Counted from the stretch's first letter, positions 7,110 through 15,285 are shown. The stretch is 32,000 nucleotides of DNA from Nitrososphaerota archaeon (GCA_041641295.1 JBEPYO010000001.1:791909-823908); one strand, 5' to 3'. Notes: generated by a model not told the origin, from the sequence alone. Translations and numbers: made by a program.

Positions 7110-8830
7110 ACACCCCTCAGCCTCCTACCCACGGGATACAGTAATAATGGCCCTAGGGATAGATAAAGCAAAACCTGCCAGACAAATGGCCAATCACTCG
7201 GAGAAGCCGAAGAGACTGGCAAAGACACCCCTTGGCCACTAGACGCCCCTCCAGTCGCAGTAGTGGTGGTGGTCGTGGTAGTCGTGGTGGTTACTGTCAC
7301 AACGACCGTGTTTGTGAATGTCCGCGTGAGTGTGATTGTTGTGGTATAGCGTGTCGTGGTGGATGTGGTTGTCTGGGTGATGGTGGGGCTGTAAACCGTT
7401 ACCGTGGCCCACACCGTGCTCGTAGTTACTGATGTGATTGTGGCGGTAAATGACGTCGTGGTACGGGTGATTATCCTTGTTGTGGTTGTACTCCGCACGG
7501 TCGTGTAGGATATGAGGGTTCTTGTGGATGTGGTGGTTGTGGATGGCGTAGTTACTGTAATGGTTCTGGTGGTGGTCGTGGTGGTCCTGCTAGTTGTGCC
7601 CGGTATCTTGGTGGTTATGGTTGAGGTGGTTGTCTGAGTCTCGGTAACTGTCTTGGTCACGGTGGTGGTCGTGGTTGTTACCGGAGTTACGTCAGTCGTC
7701 CTCACGACTATCCATCCTATGTCGAAGACGTTTACAGGCCTGTCGAGAACAATGCTGTACTGGTCAATGTAGAGGGCGAGGCTCCCAAGCTCGACCGAGG
7801 TCCTCAATACACCCCTCGAGATAAGTACCCCATTACAGTCATAGATCTCTACTGCCAGCTCGTAGTTTCCATCCTCCCAGAACCCCACTGAAAGTATAAC
7901 CTCGTCAATCCGCATCCTCTCCAAGTCTATCCGCATCTTCGAATAGTCTACATAGTTGCCGAAACTGTTAGGATACCCCCAAGACGGGGGAACAATCGTG
8001 AAATCTGGCATAAGGGACTGGAACGTGAATGTAAGCGGCGGCTCCAAGCCGCCCCTGTCAAGCTGAACATAGACCTCCTGCGGAAGGGCACCCGAAACAC
8101 TAGCAGTGCCTTGCGCCTCCACACCATTCCTATCCCGGACAACTACGCGAAAGTCGTATGAGGAGCGCGGAGCGCTCGCATTGAGAAGCCTGACCTTGAC
8201 GAAGTCTGTCGACTGGCCGTAGATGTTATCCTCCTTCGGGTCTATCAGCTCTATCAGGAGCCAGTTCTCGGTCGGCAACACACATCCGCTGGCCAGCCCG
8301 TAATTCGGCCGAGAAGCCTCAAACGTCGCGACCTTGAATAATAGTACCTCGTTGTCGGGTTTCGAGAGGCCTGGGTTTGAGGGGTCGTAGAGCTGCTCCG
8401 GAATATAGTGTACCTGAACAAGCAGCCTGTCATTCTCGCTACAAGTCCCAGTGGGACAGCGGAAAACCAGCTGGCCTGCCTCACCTACATTGAGGCGCGC
8501 CAGATCGTCTATTCCAGTGTCATAGACCACTGTGCCGTTTTTAATTGTTAGTATCCGAAAGATAATTATAGGCTCCCTCCCAGTGTTTCTAAGCAGCATT
8601 ATTCCCCTATCAGCGTAGCCATAGATCATGTCTGGGTAGTAGACATAATCCGCACCTATGTTCGAGCGCAGCACTAGGGCCTGGTCACCCACCTTTCTAA
8701 CCTCCTCCTGCCTCCACAGGCCCGCGTAGCTTGAGATTAAGGCCCACAAAGCTATTCCAGCAGCGAGAACTACCCCTAACACAAGCACTGTGGCGAGGAT
8801 ATCACTATACCCCCGCCCACCCCGCCCCAC
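7091..8830 (-). CDS. Large class III signal peptide protein with Thr-rich stalk and C-terminal membrane anchor (D)
   Basis: MGRGGRG|YSDILATVLVLGVVLAAGIALWALI. The globular region is paralogous to 8835..9977. Residues about 378-525 are Thr-rich. The C-terminus is WPFVWQVLLYLSLGPLLLYPVG followed by RRLRGVWSRIG, that is, a hydrophobic helix plus a basic tail. Confidence 0.85.
   Translation of the reverse strand: MGRGGRGYSDILATVLVLGVVLAAGIALWALISSYAGLWRQEEVRKVGDQALVLRSNIGADYVYYPDMIYGYADRGIMLLRNTGREPIIIFRILTIKNGTVVYDTGIDDLARLNVGEAGQLVFRCPTGTCSENDRLLVQVHYIPEQLYDPSNPGLSKPDNEVLLFKVATFEASRPNYGLASGCVLPTENWLLIELIDPKEDNIYGQSTDFVKVRLLNASAPRSSYDFRVVVRDRNGVEAQGTASVSGALPQEVYVQLDRGGLEPPLTFTFQSLMPDFTIVPPSWGYPNSFGNYVDYSKMRIDLERMRIDEVILSVGFWEDGNYELAVEIYDCNGVLISRGVLRTSVELGSLALYIDQYSIVLDRPVNVFDIGWIVVRTTDVTPVTTTTTTVTKTVTETQTTTSTITTKIPGTTSRTTTTTTRTITVTTPSTTTTSTRTLISYTTVRSTTTTRIITRTTTSFTATITSVTTSTVWATVTVYSPTITQTTTSTTTRYTTTITLTRTFTNTVVVTVTTTTTTTTTTTATGGASSGQGVSLPVSSASPSDWPFVWQVLLYLSLGPLLLYPVGRRLRGVWSRIG
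7256..7699 (-). repeat. Low-complexity ACN (Thr codon) tract 2 (within gene D)
   Basis: It has the same codon composition as tract 1. It ends in a run of more than 10 Thr before ATGGASSGQG. Confidence 0.85.
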
Positions 8831-8834
8831 CTAC

Positions 8835-9977
8835 CTACACCTCCTCAACCCCTATCACTACTCTGTATATGTCGGTGAGAGGGGTCGAGGGGATATCTAT
8901 AAACACGGAGTCCGTGAATATCCCACGAGGTATGCGTACAGTAACTGACCTAGAGACGAGCTGGACTCCATTACAGTCGTATAATGTCACCGTCACTCTA
9001 TAGTTGCCGCCTACGACGTCGTTAACTCCCAGCTCCACCTCTACTACATTAACATTCATATTAGCGTCTGACCAGAGCGTGACGCCGGATGCATGTGCCT
9101 TTCCAGGTATTCCGCCGAAAACCCATTCCTCCTGTACAACGTCATATCCCGCCGAGAGGACCCGTACTGTTAAGGGTACTTGAAGTCCAGAGAAGCTGCC
9201 AGCGAAGGGCTGTAGCACATTACTTATAGTCTGGACATCACTTGTTGCGAAGCCATATTCACCCATCGCGTCAATCACTTGCAGGTCGACGGTAGTAGAG
9301 TCGCTTGCGGAGGCGTATGGGAATCGCACATATACCTTGTTATTGGGTGGGGGTGGGATCTTCCCCGAGTCGGTATAGGTGACCGGGTCTACGACATCAA
9401 CCATCATCCAATTAGATGGCAGTGGGCAACGTGCAGGCGCCCCGACTGGCGGATGGACGAAGACTGTCTCAACATACCGCATCTCATCCACTGAGAGGAT
9501 TGGGTTCTCCTCGTTGAATAGGCCTGCGGCGACATACCATACCCGCAGCCTTAAGGTCTCTAGTGATGTGCAGGAGCTACACGCGGGGACGGAGCTTCTG
9601 TCAAGTTCTATGGCTTGCTGCGGCTGAAGCTCGGCTATTCTCGTGAACCCGTTTGAGGGGAATGAAGCCTTCAAAGACCCTGAAGGTGACACGATCTCTA
9701 TCCTCGTAACAACGACGGGTACATCGGCGATATTCCTTACAGTAACATTCCTCACATCGCCTGTATAGAATACCCTCTCAAAGGATAGTTGTGCGGAGGT
9801 CTTAACAAGTAGTATAGCCCTGTTGGCCTCGTTAGTCGATGACTGAAGCGATACACCCAACCACCCCGAGGCTACAGCTAGTATGAATACTCCGACGCCG
9901 ACGGTGAGGGCTGTCAGTAATATAGCTCCGATTACGGTATCGCCCCTCCTTCTACGGCTCGCCCTACCGTCGGTCAA
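8835..9977 (-). CDS. Class III signal peptide (pilin-like) protein (E), paralogue of D
   Basis: The start is TTG. The N-terminus reads ...RRRRG|DTVIGAILLTALTVGVGVFILAV. It shares CPLPSNWMMVDVVDP / CVLPTENWLLIELIDP and NYRVTVTLYDCNGVQL / NYELAVEIYDCNGVLI with gene D. It is the first gene of the minus-strand operon. Confidence 0.85.
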   Translation of the reverse strand: MTDGRASRRRRGDTVIGAILLTALTVGVGVFILAVASGWLGVSLQSSTNEANRAILLVKTSAQLSFERVFYTGDVRNVTVRNIADVPVVVTRIEIVSPSGSLKASFPSNGFTRIAELQPQQAIELDRSSVPACSSCTSLETLRLRVWYVAAGLFNEENPILSVDEMRYVETVFVHPPVGAPARCPLPSNWMMVDVVDPVTYTDSGKIPPPPNNKVYVRFPYASASDSTTVDLQVIDAMGEYGFATSDVQTISNVLQPFAGSFSGLQVPLTVRVLSAGYDVVQEEWVFGGIPGKAHASGVTLWSDANMNVNVVEVELGVNDVVGGNYRVTVTLYDCNGVQLVSRSVTVRIPRGIFTDSVFIDIPSTPLTDIYRVVIGVEEV

Positions 9978-10008
9978 GCAACTACTATCCCCCCTATTCC
10001 CGGATGGG

Positions 10009-10017
10009 TTATATAGG
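10009..10017 (-). promoter_or_regulatory. TATA-box-like element for the minus-strand pilin-like operon
   Basis: TTATATAGG (CCTATATAA on the minus strand) is centred about 36 nt upstream of the TTG start at 9977. Confidence 0.4.
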
Positions 10018-10138
10018 CGTTTTTAGTAAGTCCCAGTCGGGCAGTTTGTGACTTGATAATCAGATTTACCGACTTGCTAAACATGGTTGAAAAGTTTTGG
10101 TTTTTTATAGTGATTGGCCACAAGGTTTTAGAGGATTG

Positions 10139-10149
10139 TTAATATATCC
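10139..10149 (+). promoter_or_regulatory. TATA-box-like element for 10173..11828
   Basis: TTAATATATCC is centred about 29 nt upstream of the ATG at 10173, which suggests a leaderless transcript. Confidence 0.45.
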
Positions 10150-10172
10150 CCCCGATGAACTAACTTTCTTAG

Positions 10173-11828
10173 ATGGATAGAATGCGTCGCTTAGCACTCC
10201 TAAGACTACTTGTCATTCCCATCGTAATGGTAGTTGCACTGTCGTTTGTTTCGTGGTTCATTGGTGGAGAACCATTAAGCGTATTGATTAGCAGAGCCTT
10301 AGCCCTTGAAGAGGTTGTCGGAGGCTATGTAGCGCATGTTCTCACGGGCCTGCTTATTGGGGCGATAAATGCCCTTGTTCTGCATAGAGTTATCCGGGTT
10401 TGGATCGCTTACTTTGTTGGTGCTATTGTCGGCTGGGCTTTAGCCCTAACATTAGTTATGATGACCACACCTCTGGCTCCACCCTTCATTCTACAGTGGG
10501 TTGCAGGCCTCGGAGCGTTCATCGCCACACTCGCTGGGCTTGTGTGGTTTCTATCTGGTGGTATTGTAAAGTTTCCAATAGGGCAGGCACAAGTGAGTAG
10601 ACAGTCTGTCCAGCTGCCTCAACCATCACAAACACCTACTACGCCTGTAACGGAAAAACAGGAGCCCCCGCCTCAGCCATCTAAGGAGTCAACACCAGCT
10701 CCTCCACCCATCACCGAAGCAACACCCCTGCCAACTCCGAAGGCTGAGCCAACACCCCCTCCACCCACTACACAACCTCCTCCTCAGACAGCACAGACAG
10801 CCCCACCCCCACCAGCACAACCAGCCACTCCACCACCTCCATCCGAGCCCGCACGGAGCATCGAAGAGATTGAGGAAGCAATGGTAGAGATTATCGCTGA
10901 AGAGGGAATCACGGAGATTATTCCACTCCCTAACAACACCTCACCGGAAGGCGGCTCCTACCCTGACCTAGAGTCGCTACTAAATATAGACACAACAATG
11001 CTTCTCCGGGCCATAAGAAGGCTCATCGACAAGAATATGGTCAGGATAGCGGGGGTGGAGTTTAAGAAGGTTGCATGCCCCCACTGCCAGAGCGCCCTCA
11101 ACATCTTGACTCTGAGTTGTAGGGCATGCGGGTCGACGAATATTGGGAGGCAGAGAATACTACAACATGAGACCTGCGGGTATCTTGGTCCTGAGGACAG
11201 CTTCACTGTTGGAGGCCGGGCGTTATGTCCGCGCTGCGGTAGCAGTGTCAAAATATTGAGGAGCCCGCTCGAGGAGGAGCATGAGCAGGTGCTCAAGGTA
11301 CACTCAAGCTTCTTCATCTGCTACGACTGCAACGAAGTCAGCCCCGACCCACACATCTCCTTCAGATGCCTCACATGCGGACTAGACTATGACCTGACCA
11401 GCTTCGAGTTCAAGACATTCTATAGATACGCCGTCAACCCCGACGTGATAAGCGGGCTACAAGAGCAGAAGCGCCCGCTCAAACTTATCGCGGACGAGCT
11501 CAGAAAGCAGGGATACGAGGTTCAGCTCGGAGCTAGGATTTCAGGCACCTCCAAGGTCAAGCATAAGGTTGACCTAATTTACAGTCGTCTGGGACAGCCC
11601 AAGGGAGCTGTCTTTCTATTCACTGAAAGGGGAGGAGCAAAGATCCATGACGTGATGAAGATAATAGTCATGAAGGCTGACACCAAGATAGACAACATCA
11701 AGATACTCTGCCTCGGGCAGCTTGACAACGATTCGAAGAGACTTGCCGAACTCTACAACATATCAATAATTGAGAACATAGCGGCGAAAGACCTGGGAAG
11801 CGAGGTTATACCGCGCCTAGTTTCCTGA
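10173..11828 (+). CDS. Membrane-anchored protein with Pro-rich linker, three CxxC zinc-ribbon pairs and a C-terminal alpha/beta domain
   Basis: About 4 N-terminal TM helices are followed by roughly 100 aa of P/T/Q-rich linker. Then come CPHC..CRAC, CG..CPRC and CYDC..CLTC. The C-terminal segment is GTSKVKHKVDLIY...FLFTERGG. It possibly belongs to the TackOD1-type zinc-ribbon output-domain class; this is from memory and unverified. Confidence 0.75.
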   Translation: MDRMRRLALLRLLVIPIVMVVALSFVSWFIGGEPLSVLISRALALEEVVGGYVAHVLTGLLIGAINALVLHRVIRVWIAYFVGAIVGWALALTLVMMTTPLAPPFILQWVAGLGAFIATLAGLVWFLSGGIVKFPIGQAQVSRQSVQLPQPSQTPTTPVTEKQEPPPQPSKESTPAPPPITEATPLPTPKAEPTPPPPTTQPPPQTAQTAPPPPAQPATPPPPSEPARSIEEIEEAMVEIIAEEGITEIIPLPNNTSPEGGSYPDLESLLNIDTTMLLRAIRRLIDKNMVRIAGVEFKKVACPHCQSALNILTLSCRACGSTNIGRQRILQHETCGYLGPEDSFTVGGRALCPRCGSSVKILRSPLEEEHEQVLKVHSSFFICYDCNEVSPDPHISFRCLTCGLDYDLTSFEFKTFYRYAVNPDVISGLQEQKRPLKLIADELRKQGYEVQLGARISGTSKVKHKVDLIYSRLGQPKGAVFLFTERGGAKIHDVMKIIVMKADTKIDNIKILCLGQLDNDSKRLAELYNISIIENIAAKDLGSEVIPRLVS

Positions 11829-11873
11829 TAGTCAGTGGAATAGGCTGCTGTGGTCGCTCAAAGTATGGATTTC

Positions 11874-12431
11874 TCACCCACTCTTCCACAGCATGTAACA
11901 CCTGATCTCCTCGAAGAATAGGTGCTTAGACGCGACGAGTCGCAGGTTCAAGCCTTTCTCCCCTGCGTGTTTGGTGATGGCTTCATCGTTTCCGAGGGTC
12001 GAGGCTATGAGTACCAGTTTTGCCCCGGCCGCCAAGAAATCTCCAGCCTCGTCTATGAGGCTGATTGCGAACTCGGCTCCGGTCTGTCCGCCCTCGGTTG
12101 TGATGTCTGAGGTGTTTTCGCTTGGCAGGTATGGAGGGTTTGAGGCTATCAGGCTTATCTTGCTGGATGGGCGGAGGGCTTTGAGTTTGTCGCCGACTAT
12201 TACGTGGACGCGGCTTAGGAGGCGTGAGCAGTTCTCGAGGGTGCTTCTTGCTGCGGCCTCGCTTATGTCTATGGCTATGACCTCGAAGCCCCTCTCAGCT
12301 ATGTGCTTGGAGACAACGCCGCTTCCACTCCCCACCTCCACAACCACTCCCTCGAACGTCAGGTCTGAGAGGCAGTCTACCAAGAGCCAAGTATCCTCTG
12401 CAGGCCGGTAGACCGGGGGTTCAGCGCCCAT
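11874..12431 (-). CDS. prmC: SAM-dependent N5-glutamine methyltransferase, HemK/PrmC (Mtq2-like) family
   Basis: It contains the VEVGSGSGVVS SAM-binding motif and the NPPYLP catalytic motif. The ATG at 12431 is preferred; TTG at 12449 is an alternative. Confidence 0.75.
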   Translation of the reverse strand: MGAEPPVYRPAEDTWLLVDCLSDLTFEGVVVEVGSGSGVVSKHIAERGFEVIAIDISEAAARSTLENCSRLLSRVHVIVGDKLKALRPSSKISLIASNPPYLPSENTSDITTEGGQTGAEFAISLIDEAGDFLAAGAKLVLIASTLGNDEAITKHAGEKGLNLRLVASKHLFFEEIRCYMLWKSG

Positions 12432-12557
12432 GTACACACCCGTCGACAATACATGGTGTAGCGGGCTTTAGAGCCTAGCTGCCTAGAGGGGGTGGTGAGT
12501 AAAAATTATAAATGCGTCTCTAGAGAATTTCATGACTACTGCAGGTGATTAGAGGTC

Positions 12558-13451
12558 TTGTATCCTAGAAAGTTTAGCTATGTGGCTCCTAGCAGGGTTG
12601 AAGAGGTGCTGAGACTGCTTAAAAGATACGGCGATGAGGCAAAAATCCTAGCTGGAGGTCATAGCCTCCTACCCATGATGAAGCTCAGGATAGTTGGCCC
12701 CCGCGTAGTTATCGACTTGAGAAATCTCAGGGATAGGCTGGCGTATATCAGGGATGGGGCCAGGGCGGTGAGGATAGGCGCCCTAACTACACATGCCGAG
12801 ATCGAGCTCTCCGACATGCTTAAACGCGAGGTCCCACTGCTACCCGAGGTAGCCAGATGGATCGGTGATATGCAGGTGAGGAATATGGGCACGATTGGCG
12901 GTTCTTTAGCCCACGCAGACCCCGCGGCAGACTGGCCAGTCGCCATGCTGGCCCTCAACGCGACATTCACAATTCAGGGGGCTCGCAAGAGGGCCGTCCC
13001 CGCCTCAAAATTCTTCAAAGGCCCATTCACCACCGTCCTCAAACCCTCCGAGCTCCTGACAGAGATAACGATACCTAAGCCGCCGAAGGGTCATGGATGG
13101 TCTTGGAAGAAGTTTGAGAGGAAGGCGGGCGACTTCGCGACGGTAAACGTTGCTGTGATTGCTGTTCCAGACGGCAGGGGCCAAGTCAGGGACATATCGA
13201 TCGCCGTGGGCTCTGTGAATCCTGTGCCCTACAGGGCTGTTAATGCAGAGAAGATGCTCCGGGGAAAGAGACCCGACTCCGAGTTGTTGAAGGCGGCGGC
13301 TGAGGCGGCTGCAGAGCCTGCTGAGCCGACCAGCGACTTGAGGGGCTCGGCCGAGTACAAGAAGTGGCTGACAAAGGTTATGGTTAGGAGGGCTCTCGAA
13401 GAAGCTTTAAACAGAGCCGGTATAACTGTGGAGGTGGTTCAGCATGCCTAG
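12558..13451 (+). CDS. Molybdopterin dehydrogenase FAD-binding (medium) subunit, CoxM/CutB-like
   Basis: [16 protein letters not shown]...VIDL...[10 protein letters not shown] matches the FAD_binding_5 pattern. The C-terminal LRGSAEYK matches the CO dehydrogenase flavoprotein C-terminal domain pattern. The start is TTG. Confidence 0.8.
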   Translation: MYPRKFSYVAPSRVEEVLRLLKRYGDEAKILAGGHSLLPMMKLRIVGPRVVIDLRNLRDRLAYIRDGARAVRIGALTTHAEIELSDMLKREVPLLPEVARWIGDMQVRNMGTIGGSLAHADPAADWPVAMLALNATFTIQGARKRAVPASKFFKGPFTTVLKPSELLTEITIPKPPKGHGWSWKKFERKAGDFATVNVAVIAVPDGRGQVRDISIAVGSVNPVPYRAVNAEKMLRGKRPDSELLKAAAEAAAEPAEPTSDLRGSAEYKKWLTKVMVRRALEEALNRAGITVEVVQHA

Positions 13452-14004
13452 GCGTAGAGTTCAGAGGCGCCGGACAAGACAGGCGGCTGAGACAGTATAT
13501 GACATGGTGCCGGTGAGGGTGAAGATCAATGGTGTCGAGTATTCCCACATGGTTGAGCCGAGGCTCCTTCTAGTGAACTACATCAGGGACGTGGTGGGTC
13601 TTACGGGAACGCATGTGGGCTGCGACACGTCCCACTGCGGTGCGTGCACTGTGCTGGTGAAGGGTCTGTGGGGTGATGGGTGGATGGCTGTCAAGTCATG
13701 CACCCTGCTAGCTACCCAGGTTGATGGGAAGGAGATACTGACGATAGAGGGGCTGGCCAAGAATGGTGAGCTTCACCCACTCCAGAAGGCCTTCTGGGAA
13801 AATCACGGCCTCCAATGCGGCTTCTGCACTCCGGGCATGATCATGGCAGCCCTCGGCCTACTCCTCAGAAACCCCAACCCAACACGGGAGGAGATCAAGT
13901 GGGGCATCAGCGGAAACCTCTGCAGATGCACAGGATACGTCAACATCATCAAGTCGATAGAGGCGGCAGCCAAGGAGATGCGGGAAAAAGGAGTGACAAT
14001 ATAG
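13444..14004 (+). CDS. [2Fe-2S] small subunit of a molybdopterin dehydrogenase, CoxS/CutC-like
   Basis: [20 protein letters not shown] and GNLCRCTGY are cysteine clusters typical of the family. An 8-nt overlap (ATGCCTAG) joins it to the upstream gene. An alternative start is ATG at 13504 ([13 protein letters not shown]). Confidence 0.85.
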   Translation: MPRRRVQRRRTRQAAETVYDMVPVRVKINGVEYSHMVEPRLLLVNYIRDVVGLTGTHVGCDTSHCGACTVLVKGLWGDGWMAVKSCTLLATQVDGKEILTIEGLAKNGELHPLQKAFWENHGLQCGFCTPGMIMAALGLLLRNPNPTREEIKWGISGNLCRCTGYVNIIKSIEAAAKEMREKGVTI

Positions 14005-14067
14005 CGTCAAACCCCTTCTGCCGGAATACTTTCTCAAGCTGACACCAGTCCTGAAAGCCTACAACCC

Positions 14068-14072
14068 TTTTT
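14068..14072 (+). terminator. T5 run downstream of coxS-like gene
   Basis: CCCTTTTTG lies 64 nt after the stop. Oligo-T tracts act as archaeal termination signals. Confidence 0.3.
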
Positions 14073-14084
14073 GTCGCCAGTTTA

Positions 14085-14096
14085 CGTATAAAAATT
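14085..14096 (+). promoter_or_regulatory. TATA-box-like element for heme O synthase gene
   Basis: CGTATAAAAATT is centred about 38 nt upstream of the ATG at 14128. It overlaps the alternative TTG at 14095, which argues against that start. Confidence 0.4.
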
Positions 14097-14127
14097 GGGT
14101 AAACCGTTAGTATCCGAGCGTCCAGCG

Positions 14128-14976
14128 ATGGCTATTTTCACCGATCTCTTCTCGCTGACCAAGCCGAAAATCACTCTGCTCAACATAGGCTCAGCGATCT
14201 CCTGCTACGTTCTAGCAGGTGGCGGCCTCTGGGGTTCCGCCCTCCTCTTCCTCACCGGCTACCTCGCGTCAGGCGGGTCAAGCATGCTGAACAACTATCT
14301 CGACAGGGATATCGACGGCCTCATGAGGAGGACTGCGAAGAGGCCGCTCCCAAGCGGCAGGATATCGGATAGAATTGTCTTGGCCCTAGGCCTCATCTTC
14401 TCCGCGGCATCTGTGGTCGCGGCGTGGATATTTTTCAACCCGCTGACAGCCCTCATGATCGCCGCTGGAATACTCACCTACGTCGTAGTCTATACGAGCC
14501 TGTTGAAGAGGAGGACGGACTGGAACATAGTGATCGGAGGCGCCGCTGGCTCATTTCCACCCCTCGCAGGCTGGGCCGCCGCAACCAACACAATAGGCCT
14601 CGAGGCGGTCTTGGTGGCTCTTCTAATCTTCCTATGGACACCGGGGCACTTCTGGGCACTCGCCATCAGAGCTGAAAACGACTACAGGTCTGCACGCCTC
14701 CCCATGCTCCCAGTCACAAAAGGGTTGGACCAAGCAGTGACAGGTATCGCGGCGTCGAACGCCTTGATGATTGCCAGCTGGGCCCTACTATCAATGACTA
14801 TAAACCCGCCCACAATCTTCCTACTGGTCACAACACCTCTCACCGTCCTCATAGCATACTACACCGCAGCATTAATCAGGAATAAGAGTAGGGAGGATTC
14901 CTGGAGGCTCTTCAAGGCCACGAGCCCCTGGCTCCTCATAATACAGCTGGGCCTAATAATGGCAAGAATCATCTAA
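14128..14976 (+). CDS. ctaB: Protoheme IX farnesyltransferase (heme O synthase), UbiA family
   Basis: NNYLDRDIDGLMRRTAKRPLPSGRI is the characteristic heme O synthase Asp-rich motif. The protein has multiple TM helices. A second motif region is present at FLWTPGHFWALA. Confidence 0.85.
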   Translation: MAIFTDLFSLTKPKITLLNIGSAISCYVLAGGGLWGSALLFLTGYLASGGSSMLNNYLDRDIDGLMRRTAKRPLPSGRISDRIVLALGLIFSAASVVAAWIFFNPLTALMIAAGILTYVVVYTSLLKRRTDWNIVIGGAAGSFPPLAGWAAATNTIGLEAVLVALLIFLWTPGHFWALAIRAENDYRSARLPMLPVTKGLDQAVTGIAASNALMIASWALLSMTINPPTIFLLVTTPLTVLIAYYTAALIRNKSREDSWRLFKATSPWLLIIQLGLIMARII

Positions 14977-15109
14977 TAGGCAAGTCTTTGATACCCACGC
15001 CTCTTCTAAGATCTCACCACATAATGGGGACAATTCCTATGACACCCTAGACACTAGCGTCTCCCGCATCCTTGACAGGAAAACAGTAGTGCATTGTCTG
15101 GTAAAAATG

Positions 15110-15202
15110 TGCTCCGGCCGGGATTTGAACCCGGGTCTCCGGCTCTCTCCGCATCTCTGGCCCGAAAGGCCGGCATACTTGTCCGGGCTATACTACCGGA
15201 GC
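15110..15202 (-). tRNA. tRNA-Glu (anticodon UUC) with an intron of about 18 nt after position 37
   Basis: The minus strand reads GCTCCGG TA GTAT..GTAT G CCGGC CTTTCG[intron GGCCAGAGATGCGGAGAG]A GCCGG AGAC CCGGG TTCAAAT CCCGG CCGGAGC A. The acceptor, D, anticodon and T stems all pair. It closely resembles the archaeal tRNA-Glu consensus. Confidence 0.9.
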
Positions 15203-15285
15203 TCAGCCTAGGGTTAGAAGAGTGGGTGGTGTTTAATAGACTTATATGTGTGGAGAAAAATGATGTGGTTTAGAAGGTTTGAGGC

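Noticed and set aside
6486-7242. Long ORFs on the + strand (6486..6815 Gly/Cys-rich, 6757..7242 Val-rich) and a His/Asn/Asp-rich minus-strand ORF (6568..6795)
   Set aside because: They are alternative-frame readings of the ACN (Thr codon) simple-sequence tracts. The Thr frame is the one shared with the clearly coding gene D and fits the operon packing.
6590-7699. Possible CRISPR array or G-quadruplex-forming region, given the repetitive GGT/TGG-rich + strand
   Set aside because: There is no repeat-spacer periodicity and no conserved direct repeat of 24-40 nt. G runs are mostly GG, not GGG or longer. The pattern is codon-level low complexity.
11922-12411. + strand ORFs inside the methyltransferase gene
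   Set aside because: They are antisense to a gene with clear SAM-binding and NPPY motifs, and their products are Ser/Ala/Pro-rich.
13441-13451. An identical CATGCCTAG start/stop overlap at two unrelated gene junctions (13444/13451 and 19886/19893)
   Set aside because: The shared string is only 9-10 nt, and the flanking sequence is unrelated. It is most simply a coincidence of a common ATGnnTAG overlap design.
15110-15202. tRNA-Glu or tRNA-Leu as an integration site bounding the accessory regions
   Set aside because: Reading by eye, I found no second copy of either tRNA 3' half elsewhere in the window. Neither tRNA abuts the pilin-like locus or the low-GC island.
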